Shown in pieces: positions 1-12,625 of a stretch of 36,564 nt of DNA. The stretch's first letter is position 1; each line of letters begins with the position of its first letter. Under the pieces are notes generated by a model. That model searched no databases. It was not told where the DNA came from and was given only the letters and a program-made list of their open reading frames with translations. Position numbers and translations under genes: made by a program. Source of the stretch: Neophaeotheca triangularis (Eukaryota); assembly GCA_054600435.1 (NCBI GenBank), contig BAAIJX010000055.1, positions 124,001 to 160,564 of the forward strand. The letters run 5' to 3'.

Positions 1-996
1 TGGTGGTACAAGCCTCGCAAAGTCGAAGAACCCACTGTTATCTCCGGTGATTGGGTTAAGCCTTTGGCTGCTTTTATGTTGATGTGTAGCCGAGAAAGCG
101 AGAGGCAGATGCTTCCTGGCTATCACCTGCAAGGCGAGGGTTCGGAGATTGCGGGCTTGAAATTGGAAGCAAAGGATACCGAGCAATATCTTTTCGAGTT
201 TGTTTGGAAAACCGAGCCATCGACGAAGCGACAGCATGAGCGACCCTTTTCTAGAAGTGTTTCAAGCGACTCGCCCGATGCAGACCAGCCATTGCAGACG
301 CCCGAAGACCCCAATGACAAGGTCTTTTTGGAAATAGCCAATGAGAGGTGGCAACTCGCCAAAATCGCCATTCGGGACTATCCAGCAGTACGCGAGCTTC
401 TGCAACCACCTGTCAGTGACAAGCATCGCAAGCTGGCAAATGCCTTAGCCACCTATCCAGAGATGCCCGAGAAATGCCGTGAGGCGCGTGGTGTCGAGGA
501 AGCCCCTACAGAGAATGCGGGCTGGCTGGAGTGCAATACACAGCACCTGGTGGCAACAGTCGCGAGCAACTGGCCTCACGACGGCCTCCTACGAACAACG
601 AGCGGTCTTTGGATAGGCGCGAGTCTATGGCTAGTGAGTTTCGTCTACAGCGGCATACACATCGCTGCCTGGAACGCGGCCTTCCCCTCGGAGCTCGAAG
701 CATGGCTGTGGAGGTTCTCGTCGTTGTATATTGCTTTCTCCGGACTACTCTGGGCTGGTATTCACATCCTCGCGCACTTCTCGGCCAAGATCTGGTGGGC
801 TTGGTACGATGTTATGAGTGGAGAGGCTTCAAGACCAATGACAGTGCCGCTTACAGTGGTTTGCAGTGTTTGTGGACTTGCATACATTTTTTCTAGGGTG
901 TTTCTGATCGTGGAGGCGTTGATCTCATTACGATATCTGCCCGTTGCTGCTTATGTTGTGCCGGAATGGACTCTTGGTGTACCTCATGTAGCATAG
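1..996 (+). CDS. Uncharacterised fungal multi-pass membrane protein, 5'-partial
   Basis: Frame is open from base 1 (WWYKPRKVEEP...). C-terminal hydrophobic helices carry the AWNAAFPSELEAWLWRFSS and RVFLIVEALISLRYLP...Y..PEW motifs, which I recognise from a widespread uncharacterised fungal membrane family. Stop TAG at 994-996. Confidence 0.8.
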   Translation, partial: WWYKPRKVEEPTVISGDWVKPLAAFMLMCSRESERQMLPGYHLQGEGSEIAGLKLEAKDTEQYLFEFVWKTEPSTKRQHERPFSRSVSSDSPDADQPLQTPEDPNDKVFLEIANERWQLAKIAIRDYPAVRELLQPPVSDKHRKLANALATYPEMPEKCREARGVEEAPTENAGWLECNTQHLVATVASNWPHDGLLRTTSGLWIGASLWLVSFVYSGIHIAAWNAAFPSELEAWLWRFSSLYIAFSGLLWAGIHILAHFSAKIWWAWYDVMSGEASRPMTVPLTVVCSVCGLAYIFSRVFLIVEALISLRYLPVAAYVVPEWTLGVPHVA

Positions 997-1197
997 TGCC
1001 AATGTCATCTTTGCAAGCCAATGTCACTTTTGCAACTCTTATCCTTCCATGGAGACCGCACGGGTCACAAGTTTGTGGCAGGTAGTGCAATCTTGAGGTG
1101 GTCGTCGGAAAACTCTGATCGGAATAGAGAGTTACTAAGGTATCTATTCTTGTCCACTCGCAGTAAACAACTACTTCTTCTGACGTAGCAGAAGCAT

Positions 1198-2161
1198 CTA
1201 GCAAACTACTAAGTGTTAGCGCAGCCCCTTGGTCGAACTGGAGGGGCGACTTACTCCCAATAACGCCATTCACCGGGATATCAATCGACGTGGTATAACT
1301 CGCAGCATCGCTAAGCAAGTAGACGTAAGCGCCACCAAGCTCCTCAACCTCCGCAAGCCGTGGCATGCCACCATAGTACTTGAGCTGCTGCTCCCAGTCC
1401 GGTTGCTGAGGGACCCAGTAAGTCATGGCGGTGTTGACGAGTCTAATTTACAACCACTATTAGCAAAACCACAACTTCGAAAGGAGCAAGACAACCTACC
1501 CAGGGGACACAGAGTTGACACGGATACTGTACTGCGCCCACTCCATAGCAAGCGTGTGCGTCATGTTCCTGATCCCGGCTTTGCTGGCTCCATACGGCGC
1601 AGAAGGGACCCGCTTGTTGGGGCGATAACTCGCCATGCTCGCGGTGAACACCACGCTGCCCTTGACGCCGAGCTTGATGAAAGCCCTCGCGGCCACACGC
1701 GCGCAGTAGAAAGCGCCAAACAAGTTGATATTCCACAACTGCTCGATCTCCTCGGTGGTGAAATCGAGCGCGGGTTTGTGTTTGGTCCGGCCCGCATTAA
1801 CGACCATGCCATGGATCGCACCAGCTTTGGAGATGATTTCGTCAACGGCGGCCGTGGCGGAGGCTTCCGAGGTCACGTCGGCTTTCAGCGCGTGCAGTTG
1901 GTTTGGGTACTTTTTCTGGATTTCGAGGAAGTCGTCGCCGGTCTCGCCAATGTCGATGCTGAAGACATGCGCGGCGCCGTTGGAGAGGCAGGAATTGGCT
2001 ACGCCCAGGCCGATGCCGCGGTTGGCGCCCGTGATGGCTATGACTTTGCCGGAGAGGGTGATGTTGGTTTGCGGGCGAGGGGCGGCTTCGGTTGCTGGGT
2101 TGGCGGGTGCGTTGTTGGCTGTGCCGATGGAAGCGCCGGTTGGGGCTTCGGTGTTGGACAT
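1198..2161 (-). CDS. Classical short-chain dehydrogenase/reductase, polyol/ketose reductase-like, ~285 aa. Exons 2161-1500, 1442-1255, 1205-1198
   Basis: Rossmann TGANRGIG, VNAG, catalytic YGASK (YxxxK), IRVNSVSPG. Acidic residue after beta-2 (VFSIDI) suggests NAD(H). Introns 1499-1443 (GTAGGT..CTAAT..TAG) and 1254-1206 (GTAAGT..CTAAC..TAG) restore the frame (..SPGLVNTAMTYW..GVIGIC*). Confidence 0.9.
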
Positions 2162-2436
2162 TATGGAGGTTTCGAGGGCCAGGCTATCGATAGTGGAATT
2201 TACTCGGAGATACTAGGAGCGAGGAGACTGAATCGGGTTGGGTAATGAGAAAGATGGAATGAAGGCGAAAGCGTAATGCTTCGCCAATGCCCTGGTCCTA
2301 CCTGTTTTATACTGCGCGATAACCCTCGTATGTCCAGCCATCGATTCCGCTCAAGAGACGCGCAAACTGCCGCCAACGTTCGCAACGAGGTATGCGCCCA
2401 TTATGTCCGGCACTCGTGCTGTATGTAGTCGACCTT

Positions 2437-2484
2437 CTCCAGGGAAGCCTCGCACGAGGAGCTGTTGTGGGGAAGAGTGTGGAG
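2437..2484. promoter_or_regulatory. Three SYGGRG (CreA/Cre1-type carbon catabolite repression) sites in the divergent SDR/aldolase promoter
   Basis: CTCCAG 2437-2442 (CTGGAG on minus strand), GTGGGG 2467-2472 and GTGGAG 2479-2484 lie within 48 bp, mid-way in the ~590 bp intergenic region. The motif is short, so chance occurrence is possible. Confidence 0.4.
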
Positions 2485-2753
2485 TGGTATGTAGTTCGAC
2501 GCCGCTTGGACCAAGGGTGCAGGCTCGATGCGAGGTCAGAAGCCTCGAAGCGAGCCATCTAGCCTCGCCTCGAAGAACATATAGATGTATTGACAAGGAA
2601 TCATTTCCCGTTCATAAAGAACGTAGAACCGCGCTCGCGAGCTCTTGAGATTAGTTCCAATCGAACACTGACATTTCTACGATCCGATCCTTTCAATCAA
2701 ACACCAACACCTGAACTTTGAACTTTGAACTTAGCTGACCAATAACCGCCACC

Positions 2754-3692
2754 ATGGGCTCCCTCCCCAACCTCAGCAATAACAAAACCGTCCGTATCCT
2801 CAAAGCAGCCGAAGAAGGCGGCTATGGCGTGCAAGCCTCCATAGTCTACAACATTGAACACATCCTAGGCGTCGTGCGCGCAGCCGAGAACAAGCAATCC
2901 CCGCTCATAATCCAACTCTTTCCGTGGGCCATAACCTTCTCCAATGGCCTCCTAGTGCGCACAGCTGCCGACGCGGCCTCGCGCGCCTCAGTCCCCATAT
3001 CCGTCCACATCGATCACTGCCAAAACGAAGACCTAATAAAACTTGCTGCCGACACGTTGCCTGTGGATTCCATCATGGTGGACATGTCGCACCATGAGAA
3101 AGCGGAGAATCTGAGCAAGACGAGGCAGTGGGTGCAGTATTGTCATGCCAGGGGTGTGGCGACGGAGGCGGAGCCCGGGAGGATCGAGGGCGGTGAGGAT
3201 GGCGTTGCCGATACGGTTGATATGGAGGGTTTGCTCACGACGCCCGAGGAGATTGAGGAGTTCATTGATACCGGCGTAGATTTCCTTGCTCCTGCCATTG
3301 GGAATATTCATGGCGAGTATGGACCAAAAGGGCCGAATCTTGATTTCGATCGGTAGGTGTCGCTGGTCTGGGTAGTCTGTGAAGCGGTCGCTGATGTTCC
3401 TAAAAGTCTTGACAGGATACGACAGCAAGCCAAAGGCCGCGTGCGTATTGTCATCCACGGTACCAACGGCTGGGCACCCAAAGTCACGCAGCAATGCATC
3501 AGGATGGGCGTCAGCAAGATCAATGTTAACAAGCTGGTGTTGGAGGACTGGACAGAGCATTTCCAGAAAAATGCAAGCAGCATGATGCTTACAAAATTCA
3601 TGGAGGATGGTGTTGAGATCGTTGTTAAGAAGCAGGAGGAGCAGATGGACGCTTGCTGGTCGACGTCCAAGGCGAAGTCTGTCATGGCTTAG
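2754..3692 (+). CDS. Class II (Zn) ketose-bisphosphate aldolase family protein, not the glycolytic FBA1 type, ~294 aa. Exons 2754-3352, 3407-3692
   Basis: Motifs VHIDH, SIMVDMSH, EAEPGRIEGGEDG, AIGNIHGEY, IVIHGTNG, KINVN. Intron 3353-3406 (GTAGGT..CTGAT..AAG) joins the two ORF-track pieces as ..FDRLDRIRQQ... Confidence 0.9.
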
Positions 3693-4121
3693 TGAAATGG
3701 AAAAGGGTGTGGTATAGGGCTTGGTATAGAGCCATGTCGTCACGAGGTCCTGGAATTAGAGAGCCTTGCGGGTATTATCTAGTACAAGAGGCTAGCAATG
3801 TAGGCGGTGGGCGAGTATTGCAGGCGCTATCGTTTGCATCGGTCGTCCATGGGTTGAATGTTGGAAGAAAGTGACACCGCCTTTTGAATGCTTGAAAGTC
3901 TGGTTGGGGAGAATTGAACTGGAAGCTGGTATTGAAAGACATGCTCCAGTATAGCGCCGTTGGTATCGACTTGCCAAGTCCTATTCCCATTCGGAGCCGT
4001 ATTCTGCAGTTGCAACAGTCCTGTGATCCTAAGAAGCCGTGAGCACACCCACGACCAATTGAGTGGAGCGCCAAACACACCACAACGTCGTCTCTACGAC
4101 ATCTCAGAGTCCCTCTATCCC

Positions 4122-6707
4122 TCAAAATTCCGTCTTCAATACCTTCTTCAACCTCTCCATCTCTCTCTCCAACCCTTCAATCTTCCCCTGAGCCTCCGCA
4201 CAATTCCCTAACAGCCACTGCACCCTACTCGCCAGCTCACCAGGCTGCTTGGGCAACTCGCCAATCAACCTCAACTCCGTCTCCCATTTCTCGATACCCT
4301 TGTTCTCCTTGGCAACCTTCTCCCCAGCAACCGCGATGTCCATTTTGGCAGCCAAAACGCGATCTTCTGTCAACCGCTTGAAAGCAGGCTGGTAGACCGG
4401 CTTGCCGGGCTTGATGCTGTACGGCCGGCCATTAAGCGACTGCACTGACACCAACTCGGCCTGCTCCAGCGCGGTGATGGCTTGTTCGCTCACGCCATCG
4501 AGAACGACTTCGTGGAATCGAAGCGTTTCAGTCTTGCTGAGCGCTTTGATGAGTTTCCACGCCGATGTGCCGCTCCAATTCTTATCTTCGGTGTTACTGC
4601 TGCCTCCGTTGGTGTTGGAGGGTAGCAGGTACATTTTCAGCACCTCAGAGGCTGATTGGTCGACGATTTCGCGAACGGCTTTGGAGGGGGTCTCGCCAGC
4701 TTTGATGCGGCGAGCGAGAAATTCGAGATCAGTCAGACGGCCACCTAGGGGGCCTATCACTTCGTCTAGTTCGCGCAGATCAGCGCGGCGTTGCGAGGGG
4801 GTGAGATTGGCGTTTTTCTCGCCGGAGGTGGAATTGTCGTTGCTCGGACTGTCGTTGCCATTGGCGTCGTAATCGAGGTGTGAGATGACGTAGCGCTTCG
4901 CTACTTCTGGTGAGCAGTCCCCAAGGCTTATCTGGCGGAAGACGCGGTCTGGTAGGGCTTTGCTAAGGGATTTGGTGAAGCTCACATCATTGGTCAGGAA
5001 AACCACATGGGCGATGTTGCTGGTAGTTAGTTGAGCTGCCCATTCTGCGAGTTTGTCGTAGACCATAGGCCCCGAGACCTCGTTCGATTTGTGAAGAAAG
5101 TTGTCGATAACGACCACTGGTCTGCTTTCTGGATGCACCTCAAGCCATTCGTCGTCGCTCAGATTGATATCAGAGTCGCCTTTCTTCCGTTCGGAGAGGG
5201 CGACGCTCTTGAGTGCGCTAGTAGTGTTATTCCAGATCTTGACCAGCTGATTCTCCAGAGTCTCCGAGAAGCCTGTCTTGACGCCGGTCGCTCCCTGAGC
5301 TGCGAGGTCGAGGAGTCCGCTAATGCTGTTCATCCAGCTGAAGACCGGTCGGTAGCCGACTTCGTTAGCAGCAGCGCTGATGGTAGCTGCGTCACCTCGA
5401 GCTTCTTGGATGGGCTTGCAATCCACCACAAGCAATTTTCGTGCGTCTTCCTTGTGTTGCAGTGCCCGGTCAACCACAAGCTCACGCTTCCCGCTCCCTC
5501 TGGGGCCTTGAACGATAATAAAAGTGTCGGCTGTCTCCATCAGCCACGCCTGAATGCGCTCTATCTCGTCTTGTCGATCGTCCCAGACGACTTGCATGCT
5601 AGCGTCTTCGGCATCAACATCTGAGCCAAAATGGGTAACTTTGTTGATGAGGTCTTCGCCTTGCGTCTTGAACCATCGAACGAAGACGTTATCTTCGATG
5701 TGAAATTGCCGTGTAATGTGTGCTTTGATGCTCCAAGTTCGGAAGGGGTCGAAGATAGCTACAGTCAGCCCAGCTACTAATGCGGCGAGCGCAGGAATAA
5801 CTATGCGTGGATGACTGAATAGCCAGTCCTGAATCCACCCAGCCCGTTTCTTCTTCTCATACGTTAAGCGAAAGATCGTACCGAGCTTGCCACCTCCTTG
5901 CTCCTCGCCGATCTTGTACCCGTGCAAACAGTTTTTCGCCATGACGGCCTTCTTCAGCCGTGCGAAGTCCAGATAGGCGAAACGTGGCAGTATTTTCGAG
6001 TCGGTCGGTTGCGGGACAATATCCACAAGTTTACCGTACGGCCTAAAGAAACTGTAGAGCTGCTCCTGACTAAGCTCTGCGGCATCAGTGCCCGGGGAGG
6101 GCGGTAAGAACTCGACCTTGACCCGCGTGCTAGGGAGGCGAAACATATCCTCGACCCAGGGCTTGCCAATGACGAGCTCGGCCCTGACCTTACCGAACGG
6201 ATCCCACCAAGGTCGGATTTGCCTTTCTTTGAGATGGTCCTTCACGGCTCTGGCGAGCGCCTTCGTGTCAAGCGATTCATCATGCTCGAACTTGACGAAG
6301 GCACCCCCTTCCTTGAGCCGCGGAAGTACTTCGACCACATCTAGCTTCTTGATGTTGGGATCCTTGGAGACGACTTCCTTGAGAACTTTGACCGGGTTGA
6401 CAGCAGCCAGCATACTGGTCGAGTTTCGGTCCATCATTCGAGGAAAAAGCCTTTCAAAGGCCCACGGTATCCGGGTCAGCCACTGAAACCTGACTGGAAG
6501 GAGATTGTTGAAAAAGAGCACGCCCTGGCTGGGTGCGGTGACGATGTGACCGGTCTTGTCATCGCCCGCTTCCCCCGAGCCTCTGACCTTCCTGCTGGTT
6601 GAGAAACCTGCCAGTCCATGGCCATATCGATGCTGAGCTAAAAAACAGGATGGGGGCGGATGGCGGAGACTGGCCAGCAGACCCCGCGAAGCAATGTGAT
6701 TAGCCAT
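4122..6707 (-). CDS. YME2: Mitochondrial escape protein 2 (RRM plus RNA12 domain inner-membrane protein), 861 aa
   Basis: Arg-rich presequence, PRLKEGGAFVKF, GKPWVEDMFRLPS, LYSFFRPYGKL (RRM), transmembrane segment HPRIVIPALAAL, VQGPRGSGK, VVVIDNFLHK, LGGRLTDLEFLARRIKAG, GRPYSIKPGKPVY. Intronless ORF. Confidence 0.93.
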   Translation of the reverse strand: MANHIASRGLLASLRHPPPSCFLAQHRYGHGLAGFSTSRKVRGSGEAGDDKTGHIVTAPSQGVLFFNNLLPVRFQWLTRIPWAFERLFPRMMDRNSTSMLAAVNPVKVLKEVVSKDPNIKKLDVVEVLPRLKEGGAFVKFEHDESLDTKALARAVKDHLKERQIRPWWDPFGKVRAELVIGKPWVEDMFRLPSTRVKVEFLPPSPGTDAAELSQEQLYSFFRPYGKLVDIVPQPTDSKILPRFAYLDFARLKKAVMAKNCLHGYKIGEEQGGGKLGTIFRLTYEKKKRAGWIQDWLFSHPRIVIPALAALVAGLTVAIFDPFRTWSIKAHITRQFHIEDNVFVRWFKTQGEDLINKVTHFGSDVDAEDASMQVVWDDRQDEIERIQAWLMETADTFIIVQGPRGSGKRELVVDRALQHKEDARKLLVVDCKPIQEARGDAATISAAANEVGYRPVFSWMNSISGLLDLAAQGATGVKTGFSETLENQLVKIWNNTTSALKSVALSERKKGDSDINLSDDEWLEVHPESRPVVVIDNFLHKSNEVSGPMVYDKLAEWAAQLTTSNIAHVVFLTNDVSFTKSLSKALPDRVFRQISLGDCSPEVAKRYVISHLDYDANGNDSPSNDNSTSGEKNANLTPSQRRADLRELDEVIGPLGGRLTDLEFLARRIKAGETPSKAVREIVDQSASEVLKMYLLPSNTNGGSSNTEDKNWSGTSAWKLIKALSKTETLRFHEVVLDGVSEQAITALEQAELVSVQSLNGRPYSIKPGKPVYQPAFKRLTEDRVLAAKMDIAVAGEKVAKENKGIEKWETELRLIGELPKQPGELASRVQWLLGNCAEAQGKIEGLEREMERLKKVLKTEF

Positions 6708-7093
6708 TCGAGATGCCCTTCCTAAAGCGCTATGTCATGTTAGTAGTCTAATGCCCTAAGTCGAAAGGTAAGAATAATGTTCGAGGGGCAAAGTGTAGCA
6801 TCAAAGTCTACTAAGACGTTGCTGCACGTGATACCGTGCCTGACCTGGAACGCGTTCCTTCCTTGTCTGGCACACGTCACAGTGGCCCAAGCTTTCGACG
6901 TCCCAAGGTCCTCTTTGGGTAAATACAACTTTCACATGCCAAAACAGTCCGACTTTCCCCAAACCTCTCTTCATACCTCCTACTACTTCAACCCTATCTT
7001 CTTTCGCACACACCCAACAACATATTATTTGCATACTGCACGAGACAGCTGCAGTGACGCATTGTACAACACAGCTCACACATCACGGCAACC

Positions 7094-8287
7094 ATGTATT
7101 CCCTCCCACTCATCCCGCCCGCCTTTCCCGACCTCCTCGACCAGACCTACCGCACCCGCCCCTCTTCCCCACCAGCAATCAACAATCCCGCCGGCCAACC
7201 ACCTCAAAACCACACCACTCAACGTCTCCAACGTCAAGAGCGCGAAGAAGCCAAACGAGCCCACGCCCGCTCCCCACTAGCTCTCTTGGCTGCAGATGAA
7301 GCCGCCATAGCTTCGCGCAAAGCCGCAATCCGCAACTTCGGCGCGCACTGGATCCGTCCCCCGGGTGTTAGCAAGACTCTGCAAGCTATGAATGAGGAGG
7401 AAGCCGAGCGCTTGGAGCAAGAGGAGATTGCGCGTCAGGAGCGCGGGATGGCGGATCTTGAGGCCCGTCAACAGTTTGAAGAGTTGCAGGCGCAAAGGCA
7501 GGCTGGAGGTGAGGAAGCCGAGGAGAGAGACTTGGATGAGGAGGTGCCGGATGCGGACGCGGACGCGAGCGATGCAGGTGAGGATGAGGACCCAGATGAC
7601 GTTGAGGGGAGTGAGATTGAGGGCGGCCCAAGTGGTATCGAGATCACGCAGGGTAGTGTCAGTTTCAATGAGGATAGTATGGTCGGAGGCAGCCGTGTTG
7701 AGGGCGGTCTGGGGGTAGAAGATGAGGAAGTGAGGTACGCGCAGGAGTTGGAGGAGGCGGAGCTCACGGGTGCTGCACGCGATGAGGAGGATCTAGGTAT
7801 CGAGCATGAGCGGGATCTCGACGACAGCGTGCCTGAAGCCGGTAGCTACCAGCATACCGACACCGAGCTCGAGGATGACGATGACGATGACTCCGGCCTT
7901 CAAGACTCTTTCGCAGGCGTGCGCAGCGCCAGGCGCTCCGCTAGGCAGAGCTCTTCCGCGGCGCGCAGTGGACGTCGTTCAGGTGGCAGCATGGGAGCGG
8001 GCAGTCAGGGCCGTTCCGTCATGGGTCCTCCAGGCTCCGGTGGACGCATCTTCGACGAACGCCGCATGGGGGAGAGAGGCAGTCTGCAAGACCGCATGCG
8101 CGCGCAGACTGGAGCGGGCGAAGCTCTTCCGCGCAGTCCTGGAAGTCTCAACCTCGACAGCTCGCTGCTAGGCAGCTCGTTCATGGGGTCCAGCCCGATG
8201 ATGACGCGCGGCACAGCGGGCGCTGGGAGGGGCAGAGGGGGTGCTGGCAGAGGCCGTGGCGGTGTGGGAAGGGTAAGACAGAATTGA
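7094..8287 (+). CDS. Anaphase-promoting complex subunit Apc15/Mnd2-like protein, 397 aa unspliced; a spliced form may extend to 8520
   Basis: N-terminal LAADEAAIASRKAAIRNFGAHWIRPPGVSKTLQ, acidic ERDLDEEVPDAD and ERDLDDSVPEAGSYQHTDTE motifs as in fungal Apc15 proteins, and an RG-rich tail. Confidence 0.75.
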   Translation: MYSLPLIPPAFPDLLDQTYRTRPSSPPAINNPAGQPPQNHTTQRLQRQEREEAKRAHARSPLALLAADEAAIASRKAAIRNFGAHWIRPPGVSKTLQAMNEEEAERLEQEEIARQERGMADLEARQQFEELQAQRQAGGEEAEERDLDEEVPDADADASDAGEDEDPDDVEGSEIEGGPSGIEITQGSVSFNEDSMVGGSRVEGGLGVEDEEVRYAQELEEAELTGAARDEEDLGIEHERDLDDSVPEAGSYQHTDTELEDDDDDDSGLQDSFAGVRSARRSARQSSSAARSGRRSGGSMGAGSQGRSVMGPPGSGGRIFDERRMGERGSLQDRMRAQTGAGEALPRSPGSLNLDSSLLGSSFMGSSPMMTRGTAGAGRGRGGAGRGRGGVGRVRQN

Positions 8288-9549
8288 AGCTTGCGATTGA
8301 CAGCTTGCGACGAAACGAAACAAGATTACGCATTCACGAGGTTTCACGCTGGGACACGATGTTAACAGCCTTACGATAGCAGCAGCAGCTACCACCATCA
8401 CCGCCCTTGCCTCCACCATCGGAGCAGCAGGAGAACAACCCGTCCGCGAGGCTGAATGCGCAGCTAATATGGGACGAGATGATCGCGGAGATTCGAGGAC
8501 GACCTGACCACCAGCTCTGAATTCTGCATATGCAAAGGAGTGAGACGTCATGGAGCAGAAGAGAAAAGGAGCGATACCCACAGCAGCTCTAGGCTGCCTG
8601 CCTTATTTGTGTCTGCTTTTCGAGCAGCAAAAAAGAAAACGGAAGAAAGGGGGATAAAAACGGGGGGGAACTGCCGCAGGCAGTCTTGAGCTGCCATCAT
8701 AGCTGTACAGTAGTCTTATAGTGATATCGATCAATAATACCCGGTTCCATTCTCCCACGAAGGATCAAGTCTCCGGGCTGCGGATTCTGTCTCAGGATGG
8801 TTGCTACGACACGTTCAAGTAGGCCGACACTCTGATGCTCAAGCTGAGTCACATGCTTCCCAGCCCTTGAACATGTGCCGGCGTATAAAGCTCGTCAGTC
8901 AGGCTCAATGTTGAAGTGAATAGACACTCATGGCATGAGAGTGCGTTACTGGGACTGCTTCGCCGGTTTTGTGGGGCCTGGCTTCATCCTTCAGCCATCC
9001 AAGTTACCCAGATGCCTTAGGTAGCCAGTGACTACCGAGGTCACTGTCTTGCGAAGACTGGTAGCGTCTAGTTTGCAAGGCAGAAGGTCGCTGAGACCGC
9101 CTAGAGGTTTCAGTGGGTGAGAGAGGGGAGAACGCTTTGGGCGAAAGATGGTTAAGCTCAATAGACAGCGATGAAAGCCACGAGCGTTGCTGGTAGAGGA
9201 AAAATAAGATGCTCCCAATTGCCCGGGAGCCGATTTGGTCAGATTTAAGTTATACGATGCTTACCTCCTACCACCCATCCACCTTGATAGTCGAGGGTAC
9301 CTATTCCGCGATTTCCGTAGCTCTAAATGCAGAAAAGTGACATGAGTAGAATGAACAATAGAACGAACACAAAGGAAACGCTTTCTCTCAAGATATCTAC
9401 GGTTACAGCTCAGCACCAGCTCTCGAGTCAAAACCACCCCAGCAGCGCTGCTCTACTGTACACTTATAGCAAGCGCCGCTGGAGAGTGATCCCACCAGTG
9501 CCACACTATCTCCTCTCTTCAAGAGTTACTCCATCCCATGGCAAATCCT

Positions 9550-11552
<2,003 letters not shown>

Positions 11553-12625
11553 CTTGATGGTATGTAGATGGGGTGTTGTTGTGGGAGTGGAGAGCTGGTG
11601 GTGGTGATGCTGGCTACGGGATGAGGTTGAAGATTTGAGAGGAGTCGGCGGGAACAGGAGGCTAGCTCTTGGCAAAAAGCATTGGCCAAGTACTAAGCCA
11701 TGCCATCACGAAAACAGTTTGACGTCCACTTCCAAGTTGTCGACTTCACCAGTTACATGTAACATACCCAGTACTGATCATTACGCTGGTATGTCTCTTT
11801 CTCATCCGTTTACATGTCATCCGACACAAATCTCGACAGGCGCATGTGTAATGGCTGCCCTTCACCTTCGGAACACAACATTGCCGGTTAAAAGAGAGCT
11901 CTTACTGCAAGACGCGGGGTTTGCAGCACGAGACAGCCGAGCGAGCGACAGGTACAGTATGCCAAGTATTACGGACAGGTTTGAAGTCGCTACAAGACAA
12001 CGTAAACACTGGCTCGTCGAGGGATTGAATGGCCTACAAACTGGGCTGGCTACGGTTGCGCAATGTTTTCCGGTCATGTAGCCTTCGAGCATGCTAGAGA
12101 GACTCCCACCGGCACAGCAGACAAATTCTTGCCGAATTGAGAGACATGTGGTCTAGCGCTCTGCCGTGGACATTTCTCAATGCTCTCTGGGGAGCATTGG
12201 AAGAAAGGAAAGAGATACTAAAGGAACCCTGGACAAGGCATGCGAAGTTCCATGCTTTACGGACGATGATAGAGGGATATATTAGCTTTGATGCCTCTGC
12301 TCACCTAGAAACTGCACCCTCACATGTCAAGGCGGCAATCTCGCTAGGTCTAAATAGAGAGTAGCCTCACGAGTACAACTATTGGCATCGTCTTCAAGTT
12401 CCAAAGCTTAGTACACAGCTCGACGGCGTTCAATGCGAAAATGTTCGTGAAGTTTGTCACCAATCATTGACAAAAATCATTGATATCGAGCTCATAGAAC
12501 ATACACTGCAACAATACCACAGGCTTACTAGGTTTACTATACCTCCCTTGTGCCTACGCTTCCCAACGCCATGCAACCAATCGTCAAGTCGTCCGATATT
12601 TTCCGTCCCTACAGTCTCCCCCGGC

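Noticed and set aside
893..1254. Apparent long C-terminal extension of the SDR overlapping the first gene (ORF 893..1426)
   Set aside because: A canonical intron at 1254-1206 ends the protein at GVIGIC*; the extension is intron read-through.
1229..2245. 338-aa plus-strand ORF
   Set aside because: Antisense shadow of the SDR gene with no recognisable motifs.
2712..2732. (TGAACTT)3 tandem in the aldolase leader
   Set aside because: Short slippage repeat with no evidence of function.
8521..9549. Possible ncRNA or tRNA between the Apc15-like gene and ATP2
   Set aside because: I could not identify a cloverleaf, Pol III boxes or convincing snoRNA boxes; consistent with convergent 3' UTRs. An Rfam scan would be decisive.
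11635..12364. 148-aa and 75-aa ORFs between ATP2 and UGA1
   Set aside because: No motifs or coding bias; the region is the ATP2 promoter and UGA1 terminator.
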